In this document: positions 9,274 to 19,345 of the stretch, piece by piece
Position numbering within the stretch: the stretch's first letter is position 1
Layout: each line of letters begins with the position of its first letter
Assembly: GCA_963665295.1 (NCBI GenBank)
Contig: OY762209.1
Location: 1,088,001-1,152,000 of the forward strand
Origin: Syntrophorhabdaceae bacterium
GTDB taxonomy: Bacteria > Desulfobacterota > Syntrophorhabdia > Syntrophorhabdales > Syntrophorhabdaceae
Length of the DNA stretch: 64,000 nt
Direction of reading: 5' to 3'
Program-made: the position numbers and the translations under genes
The notes under the pieces: generated by a model
Databases searched by the model: none
What the model was told of the DNA's origin: nothing
Seen by the model: only the letters and a program-made list of their open reading frames with translations

Positions 9274-11979
9274 TCACTTCATTGCGGCCTTGACGCGCCC
9301 GGGGGTGATGGGCAGGTCCCTCACCCTTGCCCCCACGGCCCTCGCTATGGCGTTGGCTATGGCGGGGGCCACTATGGTGGTGGCGGGCTCGCCGGAGCCT
9401 ACCGGATAATCGGTACTCGGAACGAGGTACACCTCGATCTCGGGTACCTCCGCCATATGGAGCGGATTGTACCCGACGAAATCCTTCTGGACCACCGCGC
9501 CTTTCGAAACGGAGCCGGCATCTTTCACGGCGAGGCTGAGGCCCCACAGCAGGCCCCCATGCATCTGTGCCATGACGCCGTCGGGGTTCACCACAGTGCC
9601 CACGTCGGCGGCCAGGGTGAGCTTGTTGACGCGAAAGGCTCCTGTGTCGGGGGTTACCGTTACTTCGGCGACGCAGGCTATCCACGTGGGCATGGCCCGT
9701 TCCTGGCCGAAGTCGCAGGCGATCCCCAGGGCGGTGTTTTCAGGAAGGATCTTCATATCCCAGCCTGAACGCTCCGCGGCCTCCTTCAGTACCCGGGCGA
9801 GCCTGAACGCGCCTCCTGCCGCGTTCGGCGGACCTCCCGCCTGTTTTCCCTTTCCGTCGAGCATCCTGAGCCGGAACTCCACGGGGTCGAGGCCCGCCAG
9901 TCCCGCGAGTTCATCCATGAAGCTCTCCACCGCAAAGGATGTGAACCCGGGACCGACGGAGCGCAGATATCCGGGAGGGACCACCTTTTGGGCGAGGTCG
10001 TGCATGATGGCCCGGACATGGTGGTGGGGGACGCTGTACCAGAAGTCCGCTCCTGCCACTGCGAAACTGTCCACCTTCCCCGCCTCGTCGGCTGTGGGAG
10101 CAAGAAAAGCGGGAAGGAGCCGCGCAGTGGGCCAGCCCGCCACCACGTCGTGGATCACCGCCTTGAGACGGCCGTTCTTATCAAGGGCCCCGCGCATCAC
10201 CTGGAGGGTCGGAGAGCGGGGCACGTCGAATTGCATATCCTGCTCGCGGCTGTATATGACCTTGACGGGCCTTCCCAGGGCTTTCGCGGCGAGAACGGCG
10301 ACGACCGCGTAATCCACATCGAGGCGGCGGCCGAAGCCTCCCCCGAGATATCGTTGGTGAAGGACCACCCGGGACGGATCGACGCCGAGGGCCCGGGACG
10401 CGAGGGCCACGGCGGTTGTCTGGTTCTGGCATCCCCCCCACACGTGCCAGGTTCCGTCTCTCAGTTCGGCGGTGGCGTTCACGGGCTCCATGGGCATATG
10501 GAGGTTGAGGCTCGTAGTGTACCGGGCAGCGAGGGACCGGTCCGCCCCGGCCAGGGCCTCTTCCGCGTCTCCGTCGAGGACCCAGTTGCCGCCGGTTTCA
10601 GGGTCCTCTACGAGGGCTTCCGCGGCCCTCATGAGGTGGTCGCTGTCAACGTCCGCGTTCGGTCCCGGGTCCCACTCGACGACGAGGGCTTCCGCGGCCT
10701 TTATGGCAGCGGGATAGGTCTCCGCGGCCACCACGACAAAGCCCGTCACACTCCCCGTGGGGTCGTCGAGGGCGACGGACCGGACGAACCCGGGCACTTC
10801 CTTTGCTCTATCCTCGTTGATGGTGAGGACTCCGGCCCCGTAGCGGACCGGGGGCGTGACGAGGCGGCCGTAGAGCATGCCCGGCCGGACGACGTCGATA
10901 CCGTAGGGGGCAACGCCATAGGCCTTGGCGGGTATGTCGAGGGCGTCCACGTGCCGGCCCACGAGCCGGTAGTCCCGGGGCGCCTTCAAGGTGATCTTTT
11001 TCAGTTCTTCTTCGTCCGAGACGGCCGTGACCTCCCTTTGCTGAAGTATCTCCCCGTAACTGATAGAGCGCCCCGACACCTGGTCGATGACCATACTCTT
11101 CTCGGCCCTGCACCGGCCGGGGTCGGCCCCGAGGATTGCCGCCCCTGCGTTCACCAGGGCGATACGCCCGGAAGCCCCGGCCCGGCTCAACTGGTCGAAG
11201 GTCCAGTTGACGCTCCAACTGCCTCCCGTGATCATGAGGCCCCATTTCGGGTCGGAATCCACATGGCGGACGCGCACGTCCTCCCAGCGCACATCGAGTT
11301 CCTCGGCAAGGGCCTGGGCAAGGGCGGTGCCCACGTGCTGGCCCATCTCCGCCTTGCTCACATGTACCGTGGCGACCCCTGAGGGGTCCATTTCAAACCA
11401 GAGCGTGCGAAGCCGATTGCCCTTGGGCATCCCCTCCCGGCCGGGAGGGACCTCGTCAAAGAAGACAGGACCGGGGACTCCGGCACTAAGGGTCCCGGGG
11501 GCGCCTTCTTCGGCGGGTTTCCCTTCACGCATCTCCGCGGCCGCGCCTTTTATGGCGGCCTTTACCCTGTCGTAGGTCATGCAGCGGCAGATAATGGAGT
11601 TCATGTTCTTCACGATATCGGCGTCCGTTGGGTCCGGGTTCTTTGCAAGAAGGGCCGCGGCCTGCATGATCGAGCCCGGCTGGCAATAGCCGCACTGGGG
11701 GACCTGGGCCATGACCCAGTACTTCTTGAGCGGGTGCCGGCCGCCCTCACCCAGACCTTCGATGGTAACGATCTGCGAGCCCTCCACCGATGCGAGGGAG
11801 CGGGTGCATGAGCGGACGGCATTGCCGTTTACATGAACCGTACAGGCCCCGCATTGGCCGGCCCCGCAGCCGAATTTTGTTCCTGTGAGGGCAAGGTGAT
11901 CCCGGATAACCCACAGGAGGGGCGTGTCACCGGGAAGGTCGACGGAGATGGTCCTGCCGTTGATAGTTAAAGTGGTCAT
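9274..11979 (-). CDS. Fused [2Fe-2S] + molybdopterin aldehyde oxidase/isoquinoline 1-oxidoreductase-like protein
   Basis: N-terminal GTKFGCGAGQCGAC, QCGYCQPG, CRC; then AEMGQ, TGGS, GGGFGRR, GEP Moco motifs in one ORF. Confidence 0.9.
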   Translation of the reverse strand: MTTLTINGRTISVDLPGDTPLLWVIRDHLALTGTKFGCGAGQCGACTVHVNGNAVRSCTRSLASVEGSQIVTIEGLGEGGRHPLKKYWVMAQVPQCGYCQPGSIMQAAALLAKNPDPTDADIVKNMNSIICRCMTYDRVKAAIKGAAAEMREGKPAEEGAPGTLSAGVPGPVFFDEVPPGREGMPKGNRLRTLWFEMDPSGVATVHVSKAEMGQHVGTALAQALAEELDVRWEDVRVRHVDSDPKWGLMITGGSWSVNWTFDQLSRAGASGRIALVNAGAAILGADPGRCRAEKSMVIDQVSGRSISYGEILQQREVTAVSDEEELKKITLKAPRDYRLVGRHVDALDIPAKAYGVAPYGIDVVRPGMLYGRLVTPPVRYGAGVLTINEDRAKEVPGFVRSVALDDPTGSVTGFVVVAAETYPAAIKAAEALVVEWDPGPNADVDSDHLMRAAEALVEDPETGGNWVLDGDAEEALAGADRSLAARYTTSLNLHMPMEPVNATAELRDGTWHVWGGCQNQTTAVALASRALGVDPSRVVLHQRYLGGGFGRRLDVDYAVVAVLAAKALGRPVKVIYSREQDMQFDVPRSPTLQVMRGALDKNGRLKAVIHDVVAGWPTARLLPAFLAPTADEAGKVDSFAVAGADFWYSVPHHHVRAIMHDLAQKVVPPGYLRSVGPGFTSFAVESFMDELAGLAGLDPVEFRLRMLDGKGKQAGGPPNAAGGAFRLARVLKEAAERSGWDMKILPENTALGIACDFGQERAMPTWIACVAEVTVTPDTGAFRVNKLTLAADVGTVVNPDGVMAQMHGGLLWGLSLAVKDAGSVSKGAVVQKDFVGYNPLHMAEVPEIEVYLVPSTDYPVGSGEPATTIVAPAIANAIARAVGARVRDLPITPGRVKAAMK

Positions 11980-12256
11980 TGGCTGCCTCCTCGTTTTGTA
12001 AGGGCTTTTCACGCGTTTCGAACAGGGGTCGCCCTTATCCTAATGATAAGGTGGGAATGGTCCGTTGTCAAAACGGGGACCTGTTTTCAAAAGGGAACCG
12101 TGGAAAGCGAACCCGTGCGGTTCAGAAGGACGGGAAGGTCAGGAAGGGCCGGGCTCCTGTGTACAAGTCCGTCCCATAATGTTAGAATCGGAGCGGGCGC
12201 GGAACGGGTCTTGCCTTCGGGCCGGACCCGCCGCAAGCCCGGAAAGGGTGGAAATT

Positions 12257-12871
12257 ATGGCGACGAAAGAGAAGTTCTATGTCTGGTTCGATACGGAATA
12301 CTCGGGCCTCGGGATCGAGGACGCAGTCCTGCTCCAGGTGGGGGCCCTTGTCACGGACACGGATCTCAGGAGAGTTTTGCCCCCTGACCGGGATATAAGG
12401 CTCGCAATCCGGCTTCCCCGTGACGCGAAGCTGAGCCCGTGGGTTGAAGAGAACCTGCCCCGCCTCCTCGAGGAGTGCCGGTCCGCCGGGGCCGCGGAAG
12501 TTGCCGACGCGGACGAAGGGTTGGCAGCGTACGTCGACTCCGTGGTGGGCCCGCCCGCGGAGCGTGAAAGCGACAGGCCCGTGCTCGCGGGAAACAGCGT
12601 GCACATCGACTGGTGGCTCGTTCGCCGGTTCCTGCCGCGCTTTCTCTCCCGCATCAATTACCGGCTCCTGGACGTGTCGGGCCTCAAACTCGAATGGATG
12701 AACCTCTTCCCCGGTTCGAAGTTTGAAAAGGAAATGCCGGACATGGTGCAGAGGTACTTTCCCGAGGCGGTCCTGCCCGGGTCGGAGGCCCGCCATGACG
12801 CATATTATGACGTGCAGGCCTCTATCGCCGAACTCGCCTTCTACCGGAGGCACCTTTTCCAGCAGTTCTAG
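12257..12871 (+). CDS. orn: Oligoribonuclease-like DEDDh exonuclease
   Basis: VWFDTEYSGL, LAGNSVHID, YRLLDVS, HDAYYDV. Confidence 0.8.
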   Translation: MATKEKFYVWFDTEYSGLGIEDAVLLQVGALVTDTDLRRVLPPDRDIRLAIRLPRDAKLSPWVEENLPRLLEECRSAGAAEVADADEGLAAYVDSVVGPPAERESDRPVLAGNSVHIDWWLVRRFLPRFLSRINYRLLDVSGLKLEWMNLFPGSKFEKEMPDMVQRYFPEAVLPGSEARHDAYYDVQASIAELAFYRRHLFQQF

Positions 12872-12886
12872 GGCCTGGGTCACAAA

Positions 12887-13193
12887 ATGCATTCCGGAAT
12901 CCTTTTTCCATTGACAGGCAGCAGGAAAAGGAGCCCTTTCCCTCATCCTGGTCGCAGTATTTGCGCTCTCCCTTGTCACTGTTGAGCTGCATCGGAGCAG
13001 CGACCGGCCGTGGTTCAAGTACCCCGGCTTTCTGGAAGCAGATTCGGAAACCGCGGTAACCGACGGTTACAGGGTTACCGTAGAAGTAAGCGGGGTGACT
13101 CATCGGAGCTTCCTCCCCGCCGCCACGCCGTTATTAGGCCGCACCACGCTTCTCCTCAATGTGTACCGGGCGCCGCCCTCTCTAAAAGCCTAA
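12887..13193 (+). pseudogene. Frameshifted leader ORF with hydrophobic N-terminus and C-terminal RAPP
   Basis: ATG 12887 frame joins frame 12930-13193 (ALSLILVAVFALSLV...VYRAPPSLKA*) if one base near 12927-12931 is removed; directly upstream of czcC-like gene. Confidence 0.55.
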
Positions 13194-13295
13194 CCCAAAG
13201 CTTACTGTTCAGCACTATCCAACCAACCCGCGCGCTATAGTTGCCGCAGGTCCGGTCGGAGCACCACGGGAAACCACTTTACTGAGAGGTGACAC

Positions 13296-13760
13296 ATGCA
13301 GCGTCCGGTATGGAGCCTGTGCGCAGGGCTTCTATTTATGAACTTAATGACTGCTGTCTCGTTCGCGGGACAGCCTTTGACATGGCAGGAGGTGCGGGAC
13401 AAGTTCCTGAGTGCCAACCCGAGTTTGCAGGCGGCGCGGATCGGCGTCGAAGAATCCCGGGCCCAGGAAATCACCGCATACCTCCGTCCGAACCCGAACC
13501 TCACCGCATCGATGGACTACATGCATCCTTTTCGCTCCTACGGCTCCGTTCAGGATGCCCAGCCGTCCGTCATGCTCTCCTACCTCTTTGAACGTATGAA
13601 CAAGAGGGAGCTCAGGAAGGAAAGCGCCGAGAAGGGGACGGCCGTGGCCCTTGCCCAGGCGGCGGACCTTGAGAGAAACCTCCTCTTCAACCTGAGGGGC
13701 GCCTTCATCCAGGTTCTTCAGCACAGGGCGATCCTCGCATTGGCCCGGGAAAACCCTACC
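13296..13760 (+). pseudogene. TolC/CzcC outer-membrane efflux protein, N-terminal fragment
   Basis: Signal peptide, ANPSLQAARI..AYLRPNPNL..KRELR; family resemblance ends ~13755 where CzcA sequence starts. Confidence 0.8.
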
Positions 13761-15763
13761 TATTCTCGATTTGAGCAAAATCCCTGCGAACCTCCTTTCC
13801 CTTGGGGCCCTTGACTTCGGTATGGTGGTGGACGGGGCGGTGGTCATGGTGGAAAACATAATCCGCCACCTGAGCATGAAAGAGTCGGCTGCTTCCGTGC
13901 CGGACAGGATCAGGGCCGCCGCGCACGAGGTGCAGAGGCCCGTCTTCTATGCCATCGCCATTATCATCAGCGGCTACTTCCCTGTCTTCACCCTCCAGCG
14001 CGTGGAGGGGCGCCTGTTTCGACCCATGGCGTGGACCGTGGGGTTTGCCCTGCTCGGGGCCATGATATTCTCCATAACCATCGCGCCGGTCTTGATCAGC
14101 TTCCTGTTTCGCAAGGAGACCCGGGAGTGGCACAATCCGGTGGTCATTTGGCTCACGAAGCACTACAGGCAAGGCCTGACCTGGTCCATCCACCATCGCT
14201 GGGCCATGCTCGGCATGGCGGTATTGAGCCTTTGCGGGAGCGTCTTTCTCGCCATGAGCGGGTTGATCGGATCGGAATTCCTGCCCCATCTGGACGAAGG
14301 GTCCATCTGGGTGCGGGGCACCCTCGCACCGAGCGCGGGACCGAGCGAGAGCGTCCGGGTGGCGAATCAGGCCCGGGTGGTGCTTGCCTCCTTTCCGGAG
14401 TGCTTTCTCGCGACCAGCCAGGTGGGACGGCCCGACGACGGGCTCGACACCACAGGGTTTTCCAATACGGAGTACTGTGTGCCCCTCAAGCCCAAGAACC
14501 AGTGGCGGCCCGTCTTTCACCAGAACAAGGAAGCCCTCATCGCCGCCATGAACCGGGAGCTCAAGAAGATCCCGGGGGTGAGCTGGAACTTTTCCCAGCC
14601 CATTGCCGACAACATGGAAGAGGCCATGAGCGGGGTCAAGGGGCAGCTTGCCACGAAGATTTATGGCGACGACTTGAAGATCCTCGAGGCCAAGGCAGAG
14701 GAGATAGCGGGCCTCGTAAGGCACATCCGGGGTATCCAGGACCTCGGGATCTTCCGCGTCATAGGCCAGCCCAACCTGAATTTCGTGGTTGACCCCGCTC
14801 AAGCGGCCCGCTACCAGATAAACGTGACCGATGTGCAGGACGCCATCCAGACCGCCGTGGGGGGCAATGCCCTTACCCAGGTCCTGAAAGGTGAGCAGCG
14901 CTACGACCTCGTCATGCGTTATCTCCCCAACTACCGTGATACGAAGGAGGTTATCGAGAAGGTGCGCCTTCTCGCACCATCGGGGGGAGCGGGTCTCGCC
15001 GGCCCAGCTCTGCACGGTGGAGACCCGGGACGGCGCGGCCCGGATCTACCGCGAAGGAAACCAGCGCTACATTGCGGTCAAATACAGCGTGCGGGGACGC
15101 GACCTCGGGAGCACCGTGGAGGAGGCCATCGAAAAGGTAGACAGGCAGGTGAAGCTGCCCCAGGGGTATTCCGTGAAGTGGGAGGGGGAATACGAGAGCC
15201 AGAGGCGCGCGAGCGCGCGGTTGGCCGTCATAGTGCCTTTGACGATCTTTCTCATTTTCATGATCATTTACGCTGCTTTCAGTTCCGTCAAGTGGGCCTG
15301 CCTGAACCTGGTGACCGTGGCCATGGCCCCTATGGGGGGCCTTCTCGCGCTGCTCGTGACGGGAACATACTTCAGCGTTTCCTCGGGGGTGGGGTTCCCG
15401 GCCCTTTTCGGGGTATCGGTTCAGATAGGCGTGGTTATGGTGGAGTGTATCAATCACCTCCGGGTGAGGGGATATTCGATCACCGAGGCTGCCATCGAAG
15501 GGGCCACGCGGCGACTGAGACCGATCATGATGACCATGCTCGTGGCGACCCTGGGACTTCTGCCCGCGGCCATGTCCCATGCCATCGGGTCCGATTCCCA
15601 GAGGCCCTTTGCCATAGTGATCGTGGGAGGGTTGATCACCGACCTTGTTTTGAGTGTCTTTCTGCTCCCCACCCTCTATGTCTGGTGGGCGCGGCCTACG
15701 GACCGCTTGCCGAGGGCCGAGGAGACCATGGAAATCGAACTGCCGGGGCAGCAGGATGCGTGA
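13761..15763 (+). pseudogene. czcA: CusA/CzcA heavy-metal RND permease, 5'-deleted and frameshifted
   Basis: Starts at ANLLSLGALDFGMVVDGAVVMVEN; EFLPHLDEG; frameshift at G6 run ~14982-14987; RLRPIMMT, SDSQRPFA in second frame. Confidence 0.88.
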
Positions 15764-16109
15764 CACAGGGAGGCGCGGCATTTGCGGCAGCGGAGTTCTT
15801 GTCCTCCTCCTCGTCCTTGCGGCGGCCTTGCTCTTTTCGGGTTGGTCGTCCGGCCATGAGAAGGGAAATGTGAAGGGGTTTCCCCTTCCCGGAGGCGACC
15901 TCGTTTCGGGCGTCCCCTCCGGCGCGCTCCCGCCCGCGACAGGCGGGGCGGAGGAGCCTGCCTGGGAGGCGTTCGAGGCGGCAGAGACAAAAGCGGAACG
16001 GCTTGAAGGGGACCGGGCAGGGGCGCTTCTGGCCTTCAACAAGACGATCGGGATCGTCCTCGCCATGGCGGCGCTTACGTGCATATTGTACCTGCTCCAA
16101 AAGAAGTAG
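15756..16109 (+). CDS. Small hypothetical membrane protein
   Basis: N- and C-terminal hydrophobic helices; overlaps czcA end. Confidence 0.5.
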   Translation: MRDTGRRGICGSGVLVLLLVLAAALLFSGWSSGHEKGNVKGFPLPGGDLVSGVPSGALPPATGGAEEPAWEAFEAAETKAERLEGDRAGALLAFNKTIGIVLAMAALTCILYLLQKK

Positions 16110-16293
16110 GGCATCCGGGCCCCGGGGCCCCATGCCCGCCTCGAACCGGAAGGGGTTCCCATGAGGCGGGGTACGGGCGCTTTGACCGGGAGGTTGAAAG
16201 GATATATTGTAGGATAAGGGTCCCGGTTCTTGCCGCATATCCGGTCTTTTTCCCGGAGGTCCGATGGGGCACAAACTTTATTGAACACAGGAG

Positions 16294-17046
16294 GTGTTTG
16301 TGGACGTGGTAAAGGAAGAATTTCAGGATGGGGTGTACGCTATTACCCTTAACAGGCCCGAAAAACGGAACGCCATGGATTTGGAGCTCCTCAACGCTTT
16401 TTGCCATGCCCTCAGGAACGCCCAGGAAAGGAAGGCCTCTGTCGTGGTTATCCGCGGGTCGGGACACTCTTTTTCCGCCGGCGGCGACCTCGGGGAGGTC
16501 GGGCGGAGTCCCGGACGGATCGATTCCATGGCGGACGCGCTTCACAGGGGCATAAAACTCATACGGAAGATGGACGCCATTGTGATCGCCGTCATCGAAG
16601 GGCTCGCGGCAGGGGCGGGGGTAGGCCTCGCCATGGCCTGTGACCTCTCGGTGGCCGAACGGAAGGCGGTGATGAACGTGGGATACCGGAGGATAGGACT
16701 CACCCCCGAGGCCGGGGGCAGCTTCTTCCTTCCCCGCATTGTAGGTGCGAAGAAATTCAACGAATTCTACCTCTTTTCCCGGAATATCGACATGAAGGAG
16801 GCGGAGGAACGGGGTCTCGTGAATTTTGTGTGGGACGAGGCGGAACTCGAGGGCAACCTCCGGAACATGATTGCGGAACTCACGGCCCTCCCCATGGAGA
16901 CGGTCCCCCAGTTCAAGCACCTCGTCAATACCTCCATCTATGGGGGCCTCGACCTTCACCTCGACAGGGAAAGGTTCTCGGTTTCGCAACTGGGAAACAA
17001 GGAACAGTTCAGGACACGCCTCGACAAGAGGTTGAGAGAGAAGTAG
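16294..17046 (+). CDS. Enoyl-CoA hydratase/isomerase family protein
   Basis: ITLNRPEKRNA, FSAGGDL, AAGAGVGLAMACD, IGLTPE. Confidence 0.9.
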   Translation: MFVDVVKEEFQDGVYAITLNRPEKRNAMDLELLNAFCHALRNAQERKASVVVIRGSGHSFSAGGDLGEVGRSPGRIDSMADALHRGIKLIRKMDAIVIAVIEGLAAGAGVGLAMACDLSVAERKAVMNVGYRRIGLTPEAGGSFFLPRIVGAKKFNEFYLFSRNIDMKEAEERGLVNFVWDEAELEGNLRNMIAELTALPMETVPQFKHLVNTSIYGGLDLHLDRERFSVSQLGNKEQFRTRLDKRLREK

Positions 17047-17129
17047 GAAAGCCGCGCACCCGTCGGACAGGCGTCGGGAAACCCGTCCCGGCGCCCCCGG
17101 AGAGAAAGAAGGATCACCCGCCATTTTGC

Positions 17130-17178
17130 TTGACATCTGCATTAGTTGGAATATACAATAGTTGTGTAATACACACTA
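17130..17178 (+). promoter_or_regulatory. sigma70-like promoter with overlapping MarR-type operator repeats
   Basis: TTGACA 17130-35, 18 nt, TACAAT 17154-59; TAGTTG-initiated imperfect palindromes at 17143 and 17159. Confidence 0.6.
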
Positions 17179-17199
17179 CACGTCCGGGGGATGTGATCT

Positions 17200-17703
17200 A
17201 TGGATCTCACACTGATACGAAATTTCCGCGGGAAACTGAGGCAACTGGAAAGAGAGATCGGCTGGCAATTGAAGGCCGACACGGAATGTTGCGGGGTCAC
17301 CCTCGCCCAGTGCCACATCATCCTGGAGCTGGGTAATACGGGCGGGGCCTCGGTAGTCGACCTTTCCGCCATCCTCGGCCTGGATACGAGCACCCTGAGC
17401 AGGCACATAAACGGGATGGTGAACGCGGGTCTCGCAAACAGGGTCTCGAACCCGAAGGACCGCCGCTATGTCTCCATTACCCTCACGGAGCAGGGCGAGA
17501 AGGTCTACCGTTCCATCGAGGATATATGCAATGAGAAGTACGGAAAGATATTCGAGCGCATAGCCGGGGAAAAACACGAACAGGTCCTGGAAGGATTCAA
17601 CCTGCTCGTTGATGCCATTACGGCCGCGCGAATCGACGAGGAAGCGGGGTGCGGCTGCTCCGGATCGTGTTTCCCGGACAAAGATGTGGAGGTGAGTTCC
17701 TGA
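17200..17703 (+). CDS. Cys-rich MarR-family transcriptional regulator
   Basis: ECCGVTLAQCH, LDTSTLSRHI HTH, DRRYVSITLT wing; C-terminal CGCSGSC. Confidence 0.9.
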   Translation: MDLTLIRNFRGKLRQLEREIGWQLKADTECCGVTLAQCHIILELGNTGGASVVDLSAILGLDTSTLSRHINGMVNAGLANRVSNPKDRRYVSITLTEQGEKVYRSIEDICNEKYGKIFERIAGEKHEQVLEGFNLLVDAITAARIDEEAGCGCSGSCFPDKDVEVSS

Positions 17704-18881
17704 TGTCAACAAAAGAATCGAATACGTGTTCAGGCGGAGAGCCCGTCACCATCGTCGGTCCGGCCTGCTGCGGCGCCCCGGCCCCGGCTCCCAAGGCGTC
17801 GTCCTGCTGCGGCCCGGTGGACCTTGTGTCCATCGACCTGGCGCCGCCGCCGGCGCCCTACCCGGATGGGGCGTACTGGATCAAGGGCTCCATCAAGACC
17901 GCGTCGGGAGAGATCCCGAGGGTCGGAACCTCCCTGGTGTTCCGCGATACCCTTGGCTCCTGGAAGGCCCGCTGGGGCATCAACCGCATGAACTACCGGA
18001 TCCTGCCGGGGCTCTATGGCGTGGGGGACCCGGACGCCGGCGCCCCGGTGTTTGTCACCGCCAATTACAAGATGACCTTTGACCGGTTGAGGAAGGAACT
18101 GACGGGCATGGACGCATGGATCCTCGTCCTCGACACAAAAGGGATCAATGTATGGTGCGCCGCGGGCAAAGGGACCTTCGGCACCGCCGAACTCGTGAGG
18201 AGAATAACGGTTTCGGGGCTTTCCAGGGTAGTGACCCACCGCACCGTAATCCTTCCCCAACTCGGGGCTCCGGGCGTGTCGGCCCACGAGGTGAGAAAAC
18301 TCTCGGGTTTCAACGTGGTCTACGGACCGGTGCGGGCGAGGGACATAAAGGCCTTCCTCCGGGCGGGTATGAAGGCCACGAAGGAAATGAGGACCGTTGA
18401 ATTCGGGTTCGCCGACCGGCTCTGCCTCACCCCCATCGAGCTGGTGGGCATCGTGAAGCCCCTCGCCGCCATGGCGGCGGCCCTTCTCGTCGTCCGCCTG
18501 ACAGGGCTCATGCACATCACCTTTTCCGACCTCTATCCTTTTATCGGCGCGATTCTGATCGGCGCGGTGGTTGCCCCGGCGCTCCTGCCGTGGATACCGG
18601 GGCGGGCCTTTGCCTTCAAGGGATGGCTTACGGGCTTCATCTGGACCGTGGCAATACTTTATCTCAAGGGGACGTCTTTTCAGGTCCGGGGGTTGCTCGA
18701 TGCCCTCGCCCTTCTCCTTCTTCTGCCTGCCATATCGGCCTACCTCGCACTGAATTTTACGGGGGCGTCAACCTACACGTCCCTCTCCGGGGTAAAGAGA
18801 GAGATGCGTTTTGCCGTGCCGGCCATTGTCGTCTCCGCGGCGGCGGGCATCGGGGCGTGGCTGGCCGCCTTCATCGTATAG
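17703..18881 (+). CDS. hgcA: Mercury methylation corrinoid protein HgcA
   Basis: Cap-helix GINVWCAAGKGTF, TANYK, LPQLGAPG, C-terminal TM helices with NFTGASTYTS; followed by hgcB. Confidence 0.97.
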   Translation: MSTKESNTCSGGEPVTIVGPACCGAPAPAPKASSCCGPVDLVSIDLAPPPAPYPDGAYWIKGSIKTASGEIPRVGTSLVFRDTLGSWKARWGINRMNYRILPGLYGVGDPDAGAPVFVTANYKMTFDRLRKELTGMDAWILVLDTKGINVWCAAGKGTFGTAELVRRITVSGLSRVVTHRTVILPQLGAPGVSAHEVRKLSGFNVVYGPVRARDIKAFLRAGMKATKEMRTVEFGFADRLCLTPIELVGIVKPLAAMAAALLVVRLTGLMHITFSDLYPFIGAILIGAVVAPALLPWIPGRAFAFKGWLTGFIWTVAILYLKGTSFQVRGLLDALALLLLLPAISAYLALNFTGASTYTSLSGVKREMRFAVPAIVVSAAAGIGAWLAAFIV

Positions 18882-18902
18882 AAGCTACAGGGAGGATATG
18901 AG

Positions 18903-19193
18903 ATGAAACACCAGTATCTTGAAAACGTGGTTACCCTTCACATGGACGAAGAAAAATGCACGGGCTGCGGGGTATGCCTCACCGTGTGCCCCCACGGGGT
19001 GTTCGCGCCCGCGGGGAAAAAGGTGCGCATCGTGGACAGGAACGCGTGTATGGAATGCGGGGCCTGTGCGGGCAACTGCGCCTTCGAGGCGGTTACCGTC
19101 GATGCGGGCGTGGGATGCGCCTCCGCCCTCATCAAGGCGAGCCTCACGGGCGGTGAGCCCACCTGCGGCTGCAGCGAAGGAGGGTGCTGCTGA
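18903..19193 (+). CDS. hgcB: Mercury methylation ferredoxin HgcB
   Basis: Two CxxCxxCxxxC-type motifs incl. CMECGAC, GVGCA, terminal CC. Confidence 0.97.
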   Translation: MKHQYLENVVTLHMDEEKCTGCGVCLTVCPHGVFAPAGKKVRIVDRNACMECGACAGNCAFEAVTVDAGVGCASALIKASLTGGEPTCGCSEGGCC

Positions 19194-19345
19194 CAGGCGG
19201 CCTCCCGATAGCGTAGTCCCCTCCGACCCGCGCCCGGAAAGGGCGTGTTGACGCGGACAGCGCGGTGTGGTAATAAAGAAATCGGCGTTTCTCCGGAAGT
19301 TGTGTGCGGGGGAAACGCGGCCGACGGTGCGTCGCGGGAGGAACA

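Noticed and set aside
17649..18881. Acetyl-CoA synthase CFeSP gamma subunit (acsC/cdhE)
   Set aside because: Cap-helix Cys, TM C-terminus and adjacent hgcB identify HgcA
19191..19211. Sec readthrough of the hgcB TGA
   Set aside because: Terminal CC is the normal HgcB end; no convincing SECIS
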